Positions 11,048-25,200 of a stretch of 64,000 nt of DNA are shown piece by piece. This DNA comes from Phoronis australis (Eukaryota > Animalia > Phoronida). The position numbers and the translations under genes were made by a program. Within the stretch, counting starts at the first letter, position 1; every line of letters begins with the position of its first letter. The notes beneath the pieces are model-generated. The model did not search any database, had not been told where the DNA came from, and saw nothing but the letters and a program-made list of their open reading frames with translations. The DNA lies in NCBI GenBank assembly GCA_002633005.1, contig NMRA01000031.1, positions 1,380,858-1,444,857 on the forward strand. The letters run 5' to 3'.

Positions 11048-14000
11048 TCACAAGTAAAATGTCTGACCATTCAGTGATGAGTTCTGTCTCCATATAAGAT
11101 CACCAACAAATTTTCCAAGCTCTTCAGCATTGGTTCCAGACTGTAATAAACAAATTTTGAAATCACACACTAGCTAGAAATGTGAAAACATCTGTACTGG
11201 GGTAAGAAAAACTTGACATGGGACACACCCTTACCACAGAACATAAACTCCAATCACATACAAGCACAGCATACAGCATACTATATCAAGTGACCAAGGC
11301 GCAAGACCAAGTGTGCAATATTTAATAGCAGACACACTACAGATTTTGTACACATACAGTAAGCTGGTGGTATATATTTTTTGACAAATTGCAACTGTAT
11401 GATAATAAATACACCAAGCTTGAATATTCCTTTAATACTCAAAAATGTTATTCAAACTCAAGGGTATGTAAGGTTATTTAAGCTTGGCCAATATCATTCA
11501 TTAAGCTTTTTGATCCTACCTTAATCAGGGTTCCTTACTATAAAGCTCAAATAACTATGACACGTGTCTATTTGATCGCTAGTCAGCAAGAAAACATCTT
11601 GCTTGGTAAAGATATTCATTAAAGATAATCTGATTGATCTACATCACTGACCAGCAGTTTTGAATACTTGCAATGCAATTTTTGCCAAGAGACAAGGTTT
11701 TGCAAGCTTGCAAATCAGTGATGAAAAAGGTGATTGGCCTTCAAGCTTATTCCAGATTTTCAGTCAGGCCTGATTTACCTTACACATCAGCAGTCTTTCT
11801 CAAGTGAAGTGAGCTAGAAACATTAAGTTGGGCTATATTTGGTCAAGTTTAGCTAGTTAGAAGAAATAACATTATGCATTATGCTCAAGTGAGTGCCATA
11901 ACACTAACCACAAAGTACCCCAAGTGGCAAACTCAGTGAGAAAGTTCATGTAATGCTGCACTGATTCTCTCAATCATTGGCACTGTAACAACGCATAAAA
12001 TTAATAATTCAAAACCAACAGCCATGTGTATCTCTGAGATAAATAAAACCACTTACATCATTCTATTATTTAAGACCAAAGCGCTAAGTACAAGAATCAG
12101 TAATGCCGGAAATGTTAAGCATTTCTTACACAGCAGCACCATCTGGTGACCAATAAGCACACTGAAGCTAGTTGTAAGTTTGTTTCTCCCTTATACAATA
12201 ATGTGAGATCACATTAACAGTAAAATTGTGCCACTCGGACTTCATAACAAGAAAAGTTTGAGAAAAAACTCAGTGTTCATCTGCTCAAGGACATTCATGA
12301 TGTCAGGGTCCAACCTGACTATGAAACCGTACCGAAATTAACGCCATTACACAGCTGTTCCGTTATTTCAACAGCACAACCTGGCAAATCTCGATCCCCT
12401 CAGTTAAACTTGTTATAATCCTGCCTTCTATTGTGCACACTAAATTTGATGTAGACCACTAAATGCTTAAATATTGATCTCAACTAGTTCCTTATTCAAA
12501 TTAGAGGCTTGGAGAGCACTGACAGTCTGTTATCGCTTGACACCAGGTTGAACAAGCTGGCTTGTCCCAGTGGGTCATTTTATGCACTGAACATGGTCTT
12601 TCTGAGACAAGAAACCACTTTTCATGAAGAACATAATATGTTGAGACCAGATTTACAGCAGTAAACGTGGTTCAAATCAAAAGTGTAGTCTCTTTGAAGT
12701 AGCTCTAACAAACCACTGATTACCTGATTTACAATCAACCACACGCACATCTCTAGTTTCTCAGTGTTTAGTCCTCTCCTTATAATATCTGGTTTAATCC
12801 GAATGTCACAGTTCACTACAACAGTTACTGTCCTCAGACCCGGTATCATCTGTGTGACTTGGTCAGTGTGAGATATCAACTTGCTCCACTCTGCTTCCTT
12901 ACACTGTAACACCACATGGTTGATATTAGAGATTGGCTCCTCACAATGGAATGGAACAACCTAAAATGGAAAACAAAGGTTTCAGTCTGAATGATCTTGC
13001 CTTTGGAGACACTCAATGTTAAGCACATTGGTACTTGAATTAAACAACTGCTGAGGATTTCCGAAATAGCCCATTTTTCCGAAGACATAAACAGCCCCAG
13101 GGGGTTCTACTGCCAAAATGTACAGGCCAGGGCACTTATGGAAATTTGTGTTGCTGATCACTGGCCTCCATGGACTGAGTTCCCTGATGACATACTGTGG
13201 TCTTTGTTTCTGACTGTGTAAATAACTTCATTATACGACTATAAATATGACTGTATATGACTGAGTATATGACTTTGTATGTGACTCTGTACATAACTTC
13301 CTTACATGACTTTGTACCGTCGGAGGTCCCAAAGTCGTGAGTGTCCTAAAGTTGTGAACAATCTTATTTTCTCTTCTGCGCGATCCCGCGGCATCTAGCT
13401 TCGATGTTTCCAGCGTTCGCCTACTTACGAATGTCAAACGAATACCCAGACGTGTTGAAATTCACAATTTTATGATAATAAACAGTGAGTGGGTGGCTTC
13501 TTTTTTCAAACGTATCTTAAAAACAGCATATTTCACTAAATCCACTTTTTTGTGCATTTTCAGAATATATTTTCGAAACTATACATCATTCAGATTTGCA
13601 CAAACACACACTCCAGGGGCAGCTTGAACAATGCAAAATGTCCCAGGGTCGATCAAGTTTTGTAAAGCCAAAGCAGTAACATACAGAGAGATAACTGATG
13701 CTTAGCGTTTTACGTAAACATCCTCATTGAAAACATCTGTGCACATCAGAGTTGGGTGCAAAACACATAACAATTTATTTCAGTTGAAACTGAATTAATA
13801 AACAAAGTAATGCGTTTTTATGTCATCTAGAGTAACTGCAAGCACTGTAGTTGATTTGTGTGGCCTTACTTCGTGCATTTCTGTCCAAATGAAACGGTCA
13901 CGACTTTCGGTCCTCATTCAAAATGGCCGGTGATATGAGCGACCATTTCAAAACTCTGCTTACGGAGACAAACATGGGTTAAGACGGCAAAAACATGTAT

Positions 14001-17000
14001 ATTTGTGAAGGCTGATATATGTCCATGACATCACATGAGCAGTTGCTAACGAACATTGGGTAGTATGACAATCAGCTGCTTTTTATGCTTATATTCACGA
14101 CTTTAGGTCACCAGAGTCTATATGTTACTCTATTGCAAGTGTAACCCCCAGTTAAAGTATTGCATTCCTTGGCGTTTTTACTCAAGCTATGAGCTATTTC
14201 ATATAGTACCTTCAACAAAGCCACATGAGAGCAGTCATGTGGGTTTGCAAGACAAAGTTCTCGTTTGTTGTAAAATTTTGTGTACAAACCTCGTGAAATG
14301 ATGGCACACGAATGAAGTTTTTATAAGTACCCAAGGTGTGGTTACAGATTGTGATCTTATAAAGCTTCTGCATGAGAAAATATAATAAACCAGTTAAGTG
14401 TAATGAAATGATATCCAAGACGTGAGTTGTGAAATGTAGTAATTAATCAGAGTTCAGGCTGTCACCATACCTCAAAGTTGAGTTGTTTTAGAACACCAGT
14501 GATCGATGACTCGTCACTTTGTATGAAACCAGCTATGGCCACTTTATTGCACTGTACTGAAATACAAGGGTAATCACCTATGTAGCATGACAAGGGAAAC
14601 AACTCCAAGAAAATAACATATGTTGAGCCTCACTACATAAGACACTTGGAAAGTCATTGGAATATTCAATTTATCCTCACAATTCTCTTTCCTTCATTAA
14701 TATGATAGATGTTTTTTAAGTTGCTGCGCTGATTATGCAGAACAAATGAGGGTGTAGCAAGACGTGGTTATAATCAGGTTCACATATAAAATGCATTCCA
14801 GTAAATTGCTTTTGAAAAAAACTACTTTTTTGAACTTGACCATAATCAGAATTTCCTAGAAGAGTTTTTTACCACTGGAAAGATTACACTGGGTTATAGT
14901 TTGTGAAAACACATAGCCTATAACATCTCACTGATATTTCTAAACACAAAGCGGCCATCTTACCTCTAAGAACTCCTTCTAAAGCAAACAAGTCTTTCCT
15001 GTGTGTAACCTGTAGTGATACATATGGTGACGTGTGATTAACCACAGCACAATGGGGCAGTGATACATATGGTATGTAACCTGCAGTGATACATATGGAG
15101 TGTAACCCGCAGTGATACATATGGTGTGTAACCTGCAGTGATATATATGGTGTGTAACCTGCAGTGATATATATGGTGTGTAACCTGCAGTGATATATAT
15201 GGTTTGTAACCTGCAGTGATACATATGGCGTGTAACCCGCAGTGATACATATGGTGTGTAACCTGCAGTGATATATATGGTGTGTAACCTGCAGTGATAC
15301 ATATGGTGTGTAACCTGCAGTGATACATATGGTGTGTAACCTGCAGTGATACATATGGTGTATAACCTGCAGTGATACCTATGGTGTGAGATTAACCACA
15401 GCACAATGGCGCAAATGTTACATCAAAATGTCATGGTCTTGTCGTGTTACTATGGCGGAGTGGTTTGTAACATTGGCTACAGCAAGTTTGGCCATAGTCA
15501 CCAGAAATCACATTTATCAATTTCAGCGTGTTTACGTAAATAACAACAATAACATTTAATTAATAATGAAAATAATATTAATAACAACAACAAAAATAAT
15601 AATAATAATAATAACAGGCAACCACGAGAAACAGCATCCCTTCCAATTGCAAACCTTGTTTATCTTACAAAATTTTAAGGCATTTGTTTTTAAGCTTAAA
15701 ACAAACTTTAATGCAGATGACTGTGCTCATTGTAGATTAACTACCGCTGCAACTGTCCACTGCTGTCTCATTTTTCGAAACGATTTTTTATCGTCTGGCA
15801 CACTATTAAAGACTTTTCTCATTGAATGATGAACTGAGTGATTCTCGTTTCCAAGAAAGACAGCTTTAACCAATCATGTTATTTTCACTTTGACTTCAAG
15901 ATGAACGATTGAAAATGTTCACAGCACTGTGTGGCCGCATCACTGACATAAGTGAAAAATGCCTTGAAACCCAAGCAAAATGTACTAAGAGTAGATAAAC
16001 TACCTTCCACAGGTCCGTTGGTCCCTTCAACAGCTTCACTTTGCAGTTAGTGTACTTCTGAGCCAGATGTAAACACTCGGTACCATAGTCAAGGTCATGG
16101 TCTGAACACTGGGAATAGATAGTAGCAGAAGATGAACGGAACTCACAATCATGTAAGCTGCTGAAAAATCAAAAGGAAACCAGCAGGGGGAAGCTAACCT
16201 TTTTTTCAAGCGTGCATCAGCCGTTTGGTAACACGCTAAGGACAGTTCTACTTAGTTCTTAGATACACTTTAGGCACAGTGGACTGAACATGTGACGAGC
16301 TATAAACAGAACACAAACATATGGCAGAGTGAAATTTAAATAGGTTTGTTACAACTTGAGGCAAATGCCTATACTCTAATACCTAATTTTGATACACAAA
16401 TATGTAAGACTTTTCATAGTAATATAACTTCGGTATTAGAGGAGTGTTAAGATTTGTTTCAATGTGACAAGTTAAGAGCATTTATGGGTGACGATTGATC
16501 ACATTTGTTTTTGGCCAAAATATGAGTATGAAATTTAAAATTACAGTGTATGTAAACAACGACATATCGATCGACATTTTGGTTTATTAAAAGACCGAAA
16601 TGTCGATCAACATGTCGTTGTTTACATACACGCTAATTTTAAAGTAAGTGTGATAACTGCACGAAACTTAATTTCCAATTTAACTGGTTTTACTTGAGCA
16701 AAATATTAGCAAATACTAGTGATGACACTGTCCTTTGACCATGATACAGTGACCCCCCCGCGATAACTTTGATGAGACCAAAGTTAAATGTTCATGCTGT
16801 ACCGCAGCATCGACACTCCACACTTAAATCTCCCTACGATCCAGGACTGAAGTTAACAGTTCATACTGACTGCAACTCCCCAAAACATCAATGCATTGAC
16901 GTTGACATGAAAGGGCAATTGATTGCTTAAAAAGTAATGATGGCTAAGACCCAGTGCTTCAAAAATAATTGCCAAAATAGTAACTTTTCAATTAATGGTT

Positions 17001-20000
17001 GATTACCTTTAACAAATAATGGGAACAAAAAGGAAATTTCGATTATAATAAACTACAATGTTCTTAAACTTTACATTTGTGGAGAAATTTAACAAAACAG
17101 AATTCCACTTCCGCGGCATAGTGTGTGCTAAGTAACTGATGAATTACTGTTTAAAGCTTTTGTTCATCAGTCAGTTGACTGGTCTTACTCTGTCATATGC
17201 TTGTTGTATAACTGCGTACTGGAAAGCTTGAGGCATTTCACTGGCCCAGAACTTGGATCTGTCTAGTGATTCACTCAGGAAGTTATCGTCATCAACTTTA
17301 ATCACCGTGGAAACAAGAGGACGGACGACACCAGCAGCCTGAAACATAAATACAGAAAGTTTATGGAAATATGGACCAACAGAAACTGAAGAGAAATTCA
17401 AAATGAATCACAACAGCTATTCACTACTTGCACGAATTTGTCATTACGCTTGAAAACGAGCTGCTGTCTCCAAACTATAATGTTTCTGCATGTTTGGAAT
17501 ACGCGCCCTTTCACGTTTGCGTTGTTAGAATTGATACTGAACAACAATGCACAGCAATAATTTTTGCAGCGTCACCAAAATGCGCAAGCAGTGAACAGAA
17601 CACATAAATATCTTTGAGCATAACTGAAATGACTTAACTAGTTCATGGTTTCAGTTTACTGGTCTGTACGTTGTTTTCAACAAATTATTAAAAATAAAAA
17701 TAAATTATCATTTTAATAATAATAAACAATGAGCACTTTGAAACATTTCAAACAAGCTGCTGGAGCTTCCACGAATTTAAGCCAGTGTCCAACGCGAGTT
17801 TCAAATCCGATCCCAATCCAACATACTCCATATTCCTTGGCTGCCATTGCCACCCCTAGAGTTGTCTCTTCAGGAACAAACGGCCGGACAGCGTCATGGA
17901 TGATAACAACATCAGGAATGAAGCCACATTCTGAAATTAAACGATGGGTATTTCATGTTCATTTTTTCATGCTGTTTTTGTTTTAAAAGCAATAAATAAT
18001 GCGTAGTGACACATTTTAATGATAACGGTATGATTTATGTGTAAGTGTCAATGAGTGCTGTGTTTCAATATGGCTGTCTTGGTTTACACAGGGCAGAACT
18101 CTCCTTTGTTACGAAGGTGGGAAAGCCTTTTGTTTTCCCTGACCTTTTCCGGAATGTCAAATTTTCGCTGACCATGTTGGAAACTGTTGAGATGTATGGC
18201 CATGGAAATATTTTCGATTTCAACTGTTTAAAATTATCACTATTCAACAACTATTTTAAGAAAGGGAATTCTGTTTGGGTCAAAATAAACCCAACGAACT
18301 TGCTTTATCCACCTGCTTTTCATTTTGTTATCTTTGATTGATGTCGGGAGGGCGAAATAACTTAATCTCATGCATCCACTGGTATTTGTCAAGTTTACCC
18401 AACTTTCTCCTGTTAAGAGTTGCAAACCCAGAGCACAACAGTAATACCTCGTTGGCATTGGAAGGACGAATAGAGTAAATACAGCTGAGGAAACTTGTAA
18501 AAAATATGACAACAATAAAGAACATATGGAACGCCAATGGTACAAAAATGAGGTTAAAAAAGCTTGATGAATATTGTAGCATTGTGGGTAAATACGAGCG
18601 AGATTTGAGAGTTGCTATGTGGGACAGCCCCTATTAAGGCTGTTAGTGCGTGCTTCCAGGTTTTTTACAGGACAATAACTTGCTCATACTAGTACATAAC
18701 TCTTATTCCAGGGTTTCTATATACCACAAATCTTGTTTATATCCCCTGGCCACCGACCAATACTTGACCAAAGAATTATTTGTTTCAGTTTCCATGTACC
18801 ACAAATCTTGTTTATTTCCCCTGGTCACCGACCAATACTTGACCAAAGAATTATTTATTTCAGTTGTAAGTACAACATATTTGTTGCAACAAAAATGAAC
18901 ACGTCCTGACAAAGAGAAGTAGGAAGCAGACAATATTCTAAGGGTCAGTATAAAAGTGACACTGATAACCATGGCAAGATCAATCCAGGTGAAGTGGGAA
19001 GTTCATATTTGTGTAAGCAGCAACACCTGCACTGAGCACTAACTTTAATTTCTCATTTTGGCTCTGGTTGAAGGGGTGTCACCAGAAAATTCAACTAATC
19101 TGTTACAAAATTATCCAGTTACAAGGCATATTGCTGTGCTGACTCAACTTTAAGGCCTACCATGCTCAAGAGCTGTCACACCGCCAGATATAGACCTGTG
19201 TCTAGTGCTGCCCCCTGTGGTTGTTCTCACTTTATGGAAGTTATGCCTGTCAATCACAGATGTCACAAGAGGTTGACATGTAGCAGATACTGGGACAACT
19301 ATGTGATGTATCCATGGTAACCTGTGAAAGAGTCAGTGGCAGTGTCTAATATCAGTTTTTGAACTCAAACTCTAGAATACTTTTGGCACTTTCTATTCTG
19401 CTTTAATACTGGCACAGAGCAAGTGTGTATGGTTATGTTGGTTGAGTAGATCTATGACTTTGGCAGATCAGTTCTATTCCATGTTCCCACACGGAGGAGG
19501 CAGCATGCCCTAGTGTGATAAGTGGCCGCTTCCTTTACTCAAACTGGAGGTATATAGTCCCAGTGGAGCACACTGCTTCACCCTTGAGTCAGGTCTCGTA
19601 ACTCCTCAGCTCAGATTTAACTATAATATATCAAAAAAGCATAATAGTTCCGAATGATCAGTGCAATAGCCCAACTGAGCAGCCCATGCACGTAGGTACG
19701 TACATACTGTACTAGACTGCCAGCAATTATTTTTTATGTTCATACTTGATGATCCCTAGACGCCAGCAACAAAATTTAGGGAGTTCAAACTCAAGATTAC
19801 AAATTTAAACCAGAACTTAAAAAGATATCACTGGCAACTGACAGGGCAGTGGCTCAGTTAGACAGTGCCACCGTCTCAACTTGCTCCAGTAGACGATGGC
19901 CATCCCATAGGCCCTCCATATGCGGAAGCTTCTTGGTGAGTTATGCCTCACATGGATTAAATGATTAATGTTATGTTGAGCATATAAGTAGCTCTTTCCA

Positions 20001-20816
20001 GCTCGAACAAATACTCTCGTGATCAAATTTTTTAAACAGTCCTTCGGCTTCTTTCAGTTGCCCAAATTGGCAACTGGCCATTTTACACTGATTGTGTTAG
20101 GGGATGTGACATATTCCCTGGCAGTAGCAGTGTAAAAATGTAATCAGTGTGATGTATAATTCACCGAAAATCTTCTAGTGTATGAAGAACCTATGAGACA
20201 GAAACCGTCTCTGCTACCCACTGGGGTTTGTGCCAGCGCTGCGGCCTATCGAAGTGGTACTGCTGTGTGTGAACTTGGAATCCTGCTTTATCTCAAGATC
20301 GCGTGTGCGTGAACTTGGAATATGTGAGAAAGCTTGACATTCATGTTCATAAAAAATTGCATTGCATGAAATCAAATCACAATTGATTAAAATAATGTAC
20401 TGTCTACTGAACGAAAAATTTCACCCCATTCCCTTGGCTTAAACTAAAGAATATTCAATTCCGAGTTCACGCATACACGATCAGAAATTGCGGTACCTGA
20501 TTTAGAGAAGCTGGCAATCACTGAATAACGGCCCGTTACTTAGTGGATCAAAATAGTTCTCTAAATCAGGGATCGCTATATCAGTATATCCGACCAGTGC
20601 CAAGGATTCCCGAGAACCAGCAACGCCAACGCGCAAACACAACTTAATTGCAATATACCTGTGGAATGCCTCGATGCTGTAGCTGATAAGCAGACGGCCG
20701 CCAACCTCACAATACTGTTTAGGTGTTGATAGCCCCATCCTTTCTCCACTTCCACCGGCAGGCAAAACAACACCAACGCTGAACCCGCAGCCCCGCGTAT
20801 CCCCTTCGTTCGGCAT
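11048..20816 (-). CDS. CRPPA: D-ribitol-5-phosphate cytidylyltransferase (CRPPA/ISPD), 9 coding exons, 379 aa
   Basis: Phase-consistent GT-AG exons: 20816-20659 ([17 protein letters not shown]), 19321-19161 (GGSTRHRSI), 17930-17827 ([12 protein letters not shown]), 17338-17189 (ASEMPQAF), 16108-16004 ([12 protein letters not shown]), 15009-14964 (VTHRKDL), 14556-14471, 12960-12724, 11140-11048 (..[11 protein letters not shown]). IspD-family motifs in the metazoan arrangement. Confidence 0.93.
15003..15410. repeat. 26/28-bp minisatellite built from the CRPPA exon-6 splice acceptor
   Basis: Minus-strand unit accatatgtatcactgcag|gttacac, about 13 copies, matching the true junction catatgtatcactacag|GTTACACAC at 15009. 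Confidence 0.9.
15540..15615. repeat. (TAA/CAA)n microsatellite
   Basis: Direct reading. Confidence 0.8.
16534..16643. repeat. ~110-bp palindrome (MITE-like)
   Basis: gtgtatgtaaacaacgacatatcgatcgacattt / aaatgtcgatcaacatgtcgttgtttacatacac. Confidence 0.8.
18713..18865. repeat. 75-bp tandem duplication
   Basis: taccacaaatcttgtttat...ccgaccaatacttgaccaaagaattattt at 18722 and 18797. Confidence 0.9.
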
Positions 20817-20984
20817 GTTGCTGGAAACAGCTACAGCTATCTCCAGTAAGCGAAACTTATTTTTGTGCAAGCACCCTCTGTTGGGAAATATGCACTGAAG
20901 ATTTCGGCATTGTCTCGAACGAAAATATGTCTGGGCAAGGGGGTGTATTGCAATCTATTTTCAGACTTTATTATTAACATTATT

Positions 20985-21600
20985 AATTTATTTACTAATA
21001 TACATAATTAAACACAGTAATGAGGTAAGTTACAACAAATTAAAAAAATAATTATGCACACCGTATGGATGACCAAAAAGTTAAAAACTTATATTCGTGG
21101 TGGTCCATAAACAAGTTAAAAATTAAAGAGAATAAATAAAATGTAATTCATTATACAGGAGGAGTGAAAGATGTGAAAGAAACTAGGTATAGGTAAAATG
21201 AGAAGAAAAAGACTACAGGATGATAAATGAATAGATACATTAATTAAATTTATAAACAAAATCGGAATTATTATTTCCCTCAGTAAGGCTAAATACATAT
21301 TGTTTAATTTGTCGTTTAAAAGTATTTAAATCTGTAATGTCTCTCAGGTGGCCAGGAAGTGACTCCACAGAACTATGGCTGAATTCAAAAAAGTCTTAGA
21401 TCCATATGTTTTAATTCTTGGCTGAAGAAAACCGTTATTGTTCCCCGGAAGTAGTGTGAGAATGGCGTGGTCTAAGTGCTGAAAAGTGACCAAGAAGATA
21501 ATTTTGGTCGTTGCCATGAACAATTTTATAATGAATAGGATGTAGATTGAGTTGGTTAACTCTATTTTCCATTTAGCCACCCAAGAGACTGAAAATGGTA
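20985..21600 (-). mobile_element. Decayed 3' end of a CR1/L2-type LINE
   Basis: Minus-strand peptide FLQPRIKTYGSKTFLNSAIVLWSHF resembles the P..T..G..SF...A..LWN terminus of LINE ORF2, followed by a T-rich UTR and an A-rich tail. Confidence 0.55.
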
Positions 21601-21691
21601 AAAAGTAATGCGAGTACGAGTATGTAAACACTGAGTACCTTTCGAAACATAAGTTCTTGTTCGTTTCGTTTCCCGGAACCCATACGTTATC

Positions 21692-21990
21692 AGGGGTACC
21701 ATTGAATCAGAAGCTCGAACAACCGAGAACCCGCCGTATGCATACGAACCCATGAGTCATACATGCGAACCCAAATATCACGCATACCAGCAAAACTCAT
21801 CCGAATAAACCACAAAAATGACAACACAAATCATACGCACGAACCACTGAAACGAGTTCGTGCGTGAGATTCGGATGCTCGTGTGCACGTTTGTGTTGGT
21901 ATGTGTGATTTTTGGGGTTCGTATGCCGGTGATTCATCATGGTTCGTGCCTAAGATGCGTTGCTCGTGCGTATGATTCTAAGGTACCCTT
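21692..21990. mobile_element. MITE-like element with internal gaaccc/ggttcg inverted subrepeats
   Basis: ggggtaccattgaatca ... tgattctaaggtaccc ends; repeated cgaacc on the left arm and ggttcg on the right arm. Confidence 0.55.
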
Positions 21991-22272
21991 GCAAAATTAG
22001 CTTATTATGCAAGAAAATGACGTTTATTAGTTAGATTGTTTTTCACTTAAACAGCTGCCATGGCAATGACTGTGACGGGCAAGCTGAGTATTGATTGACT
22101 GGCTAAGGTTTTGGCCATAATCCCCCTAAAATTCTCCTGCATATACCATTTGGCAGTTCCGGGGTGCAACTGTAGAAAAATCCTGGCTAATACTCTGCCC
22201 CCCAACTCAAAATCCTCGATCCGCCCTTGATGTTGATACAAGTTTCACGTCGAGGTGACGAGTGAGCATAAC

Positions 22273-25200
22273 CGTTTCATTATCGTTTAGTTTTATCGCC
22301 TATCAATAGATGACGTTGCTAGTATCAAGCCTCTGGTTCGAAATAGTAATAGTTATAGCCCCCACTTTTTTCAGTGCTGCGTCGCCCATAGTAATTGCAG
22401 CCAATCTTAGTTGAAACATTGCGGCAAAGCGGTGCCGTAGTCAATAACTTTCAGTCCACAGTTATCTCTTGACTCGGACCCGATTAGCGAATGGAAAGTC
22501 TTTCGCCAAATGTTTACTGACCTCCAGAGCAAGCTGTTTTTCTTAACACTAGGCCTACTAGCCCCATTGGGGTGGCTGGACTCTTGGTGTTGAATTTTGG
22601 CCCTGGTGAAGACAAAACGGCAGACCTTTGAGACTCTGTTGACCAAATTCGAGCACCACATTGTCGACAACGTGAACATAACCGTGACATACCAACGTTA
22701 TCGGACACAGTATGATGTGTTTTTCAAAGCACTTCAGCAAGGACCTTAGCAAAACCTGGACTTCTGTGACTGCTTGCGTGAGGATTTGCTAGGTGACCGC
22801 ATTGTGATTGGTAGGGCCTACCAGTGATGTTCATGTCCACAAGCAGTTACTGGAGCTCCGTGATCTCACTTTAAACAAATAGCCGTGGATCTGTGCTGTG
22901 CTCAATGCTAACGATACTGCGCAACAGTTGCGTCCAATTAACCGCCCTGGACCGGAATCAGGCACAGTGAACAAAGTGACTTTATCCCAGAACTCGTCGT
23001 TAGCGCACGATCCACTGTCTGTTCTGTGACGGTAACCACATACGAAAGAAAGAACTCTGTCCAGCCACTGAAGGGCAAGATTTGTCCGTCGTGCCGTAAG
23101 CCTAACCACTTTGCAGTTTGTTGCGAAAACTCTTCCCAAAAGCCTTTTCGTGTCGTCACTGAACACCCAGATGACGAGTTTGTATTGTCTCAGTGTTCAG
23201 CCATTCGTGCAATCTAACCATGAGCTCGCGCTGTCACTGCGCCACGAATGACGGCTCTCAATTAAGACCTGATTTATGCAAACATGTTACTTAGTGGGAG
23301 CCCCATCACATTTCGAGTCGACCCTGGTGCAACTGTCAATTTACCACGTAGGTACGTTGAGGGACTCACCCTTCAACCCCGCTCAACCACTAAACTCCAA
23401 ATGTGGAACAAACAGACCTCCCCTGATGAAGGAACTGTGCGCCTCGCCGTCAACAATTCCAAGACAACGTGTGAGTATGATCTCCTATTCCATGTTGTGA
23501 GTGACGACTTTACTCCTTTACTTATCTGCGGAACAAATGGGAATAGTCACCGTCAACCATCAGATCCTTGAACCTGCAAGCACAGTGCACTCTTTTGCAA
23601 TTTTTCTGACTGTCGTGCAGCTAAGACCATTGCCGATCAGTCAATTTTCCCTCATGTTTTTGATGAGCAACTTGGTACATTTCAAGACCCAGTGTATCTC
23701 ACGACGGATCAGTCTGTTAAACCTGTAAAATGTCCTCCATGGCGTATTCCTGTTGCCCAAGAGCTCGTTGTGGAGTGCGATTCCTCTGAGAACGGCCTAG
23801 GTGCTGCGTTTCCAAGATGCCGGGCAAGCCTATTGCTTATGCATCAAGAGCTCTGATTCCTACAGAAGCTAGGTATGCTTCCCGGCATAGAGCATGAATA
23901 TCTTGCCATTGTGTACACTCTCGAAAGACTTCATCAGTTTACTTTCTCCAGAAGAGTCACAGTGATCTCTGGTCACAAGCCATTACATGCGATGGTGCAG
24001 AAGCCCACACGCAAGTCCCCTAGGCGATTGCATGTAATGTTCATGAGAATACATAATTATGATGCTGACATTCAGTGGCAACCTGGTAAACGTATGTTAA
24101 AATCTGATATGCTGTCAAGAGCAACCACTCAGAAACCCACTGCTGAGGAAGCATAATTGTCGTACGTTAGTTCTGTGACATGGCTTCCAGTATCTTACGG
24201 TCGACTTACTGAACTGCAACAGAGCACAAAGTCAGATTTAACCCTTCAGCAACTCGCTATTGTCAACAATAATGGATGGCCTCAGAACAAAGACGATCTT
24301 CCACTGTCGCTTCGACCCATGTTCTCCATTCTTGACGAGCACTCTCGGAGTGATGGTCTGAATTTCTCAGGGGAGAGAGTTGTTGTCCGTTTTCGCATGC
24401 AGGCTCAAATGAAGAATCTCCCCATGAGCCACACCTCGGTGTTGAAAGTACTTTACATACAGCACGAGAATGCTTATACTGGCCAGGGATGACTGACGAA
24501 ATAAAATAGCTCATTCAACAATGTGATGCTTGCAGAACTTTACGAGAGAGCACAGCCAACAGGGGCAGATTCAAGATTTTGAGTTAAAGGGGGCCAGGGC
24601 TGACTATTACCAAGGATTTTTCCCGTCAGGCATTCGCACCCCCGAACTGCCAAATGGAATATGGGGGAATTTTAGGGGGACCATGGCCCCCTTGGCCCTC
24701 CTCTAAATCCGCCACCAGCCAAAGGTCCCTGGGCTCACACGATACCCCTCTCGCCCCTGGGACTGAAAAGGTGGGCATGGATATATTTTCCCTTGATGGT
24801 GAAGACTCTCACATGCTTGTCGATTACTACTTTAACTTCTGGGAAGTGGATCGTCTTCCTTCATTGTCTGTGTCGGCCATCATTAAGAAGATAAAAACCC
24901 ATTTTGCTCCGCGTTATGGAACTCCTTCCGTGATCATGTCAGATCGAGGAAGTAAATACACCAGCAAGGAATTCCGATCTTCCATACGCAAGTGGGATTG
25001 TACGCATTATACGAGTTCGCCAAAACACTCCTAGTCAAACGGAAAGGTCGAATCAGCGGTCAAGGCAGCCAAGACTTTACTTCGCAAGTGTAAGAGATCT
25101 CAGACAGATATTTGGCTATTCTGTAGTCGTGTAATAACCCACAACAAGGTGTGGGTAGCAGTCCAGCTCAACCATTACTCGGTCGTCGAACACGGTCTGT

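Noticed and set aside
14884-15404. His/Cys/Tyr-rich repeat ORFs in three frames
   Set aside because: Minisatellite translation; only 15009-14964 is a supported exon.
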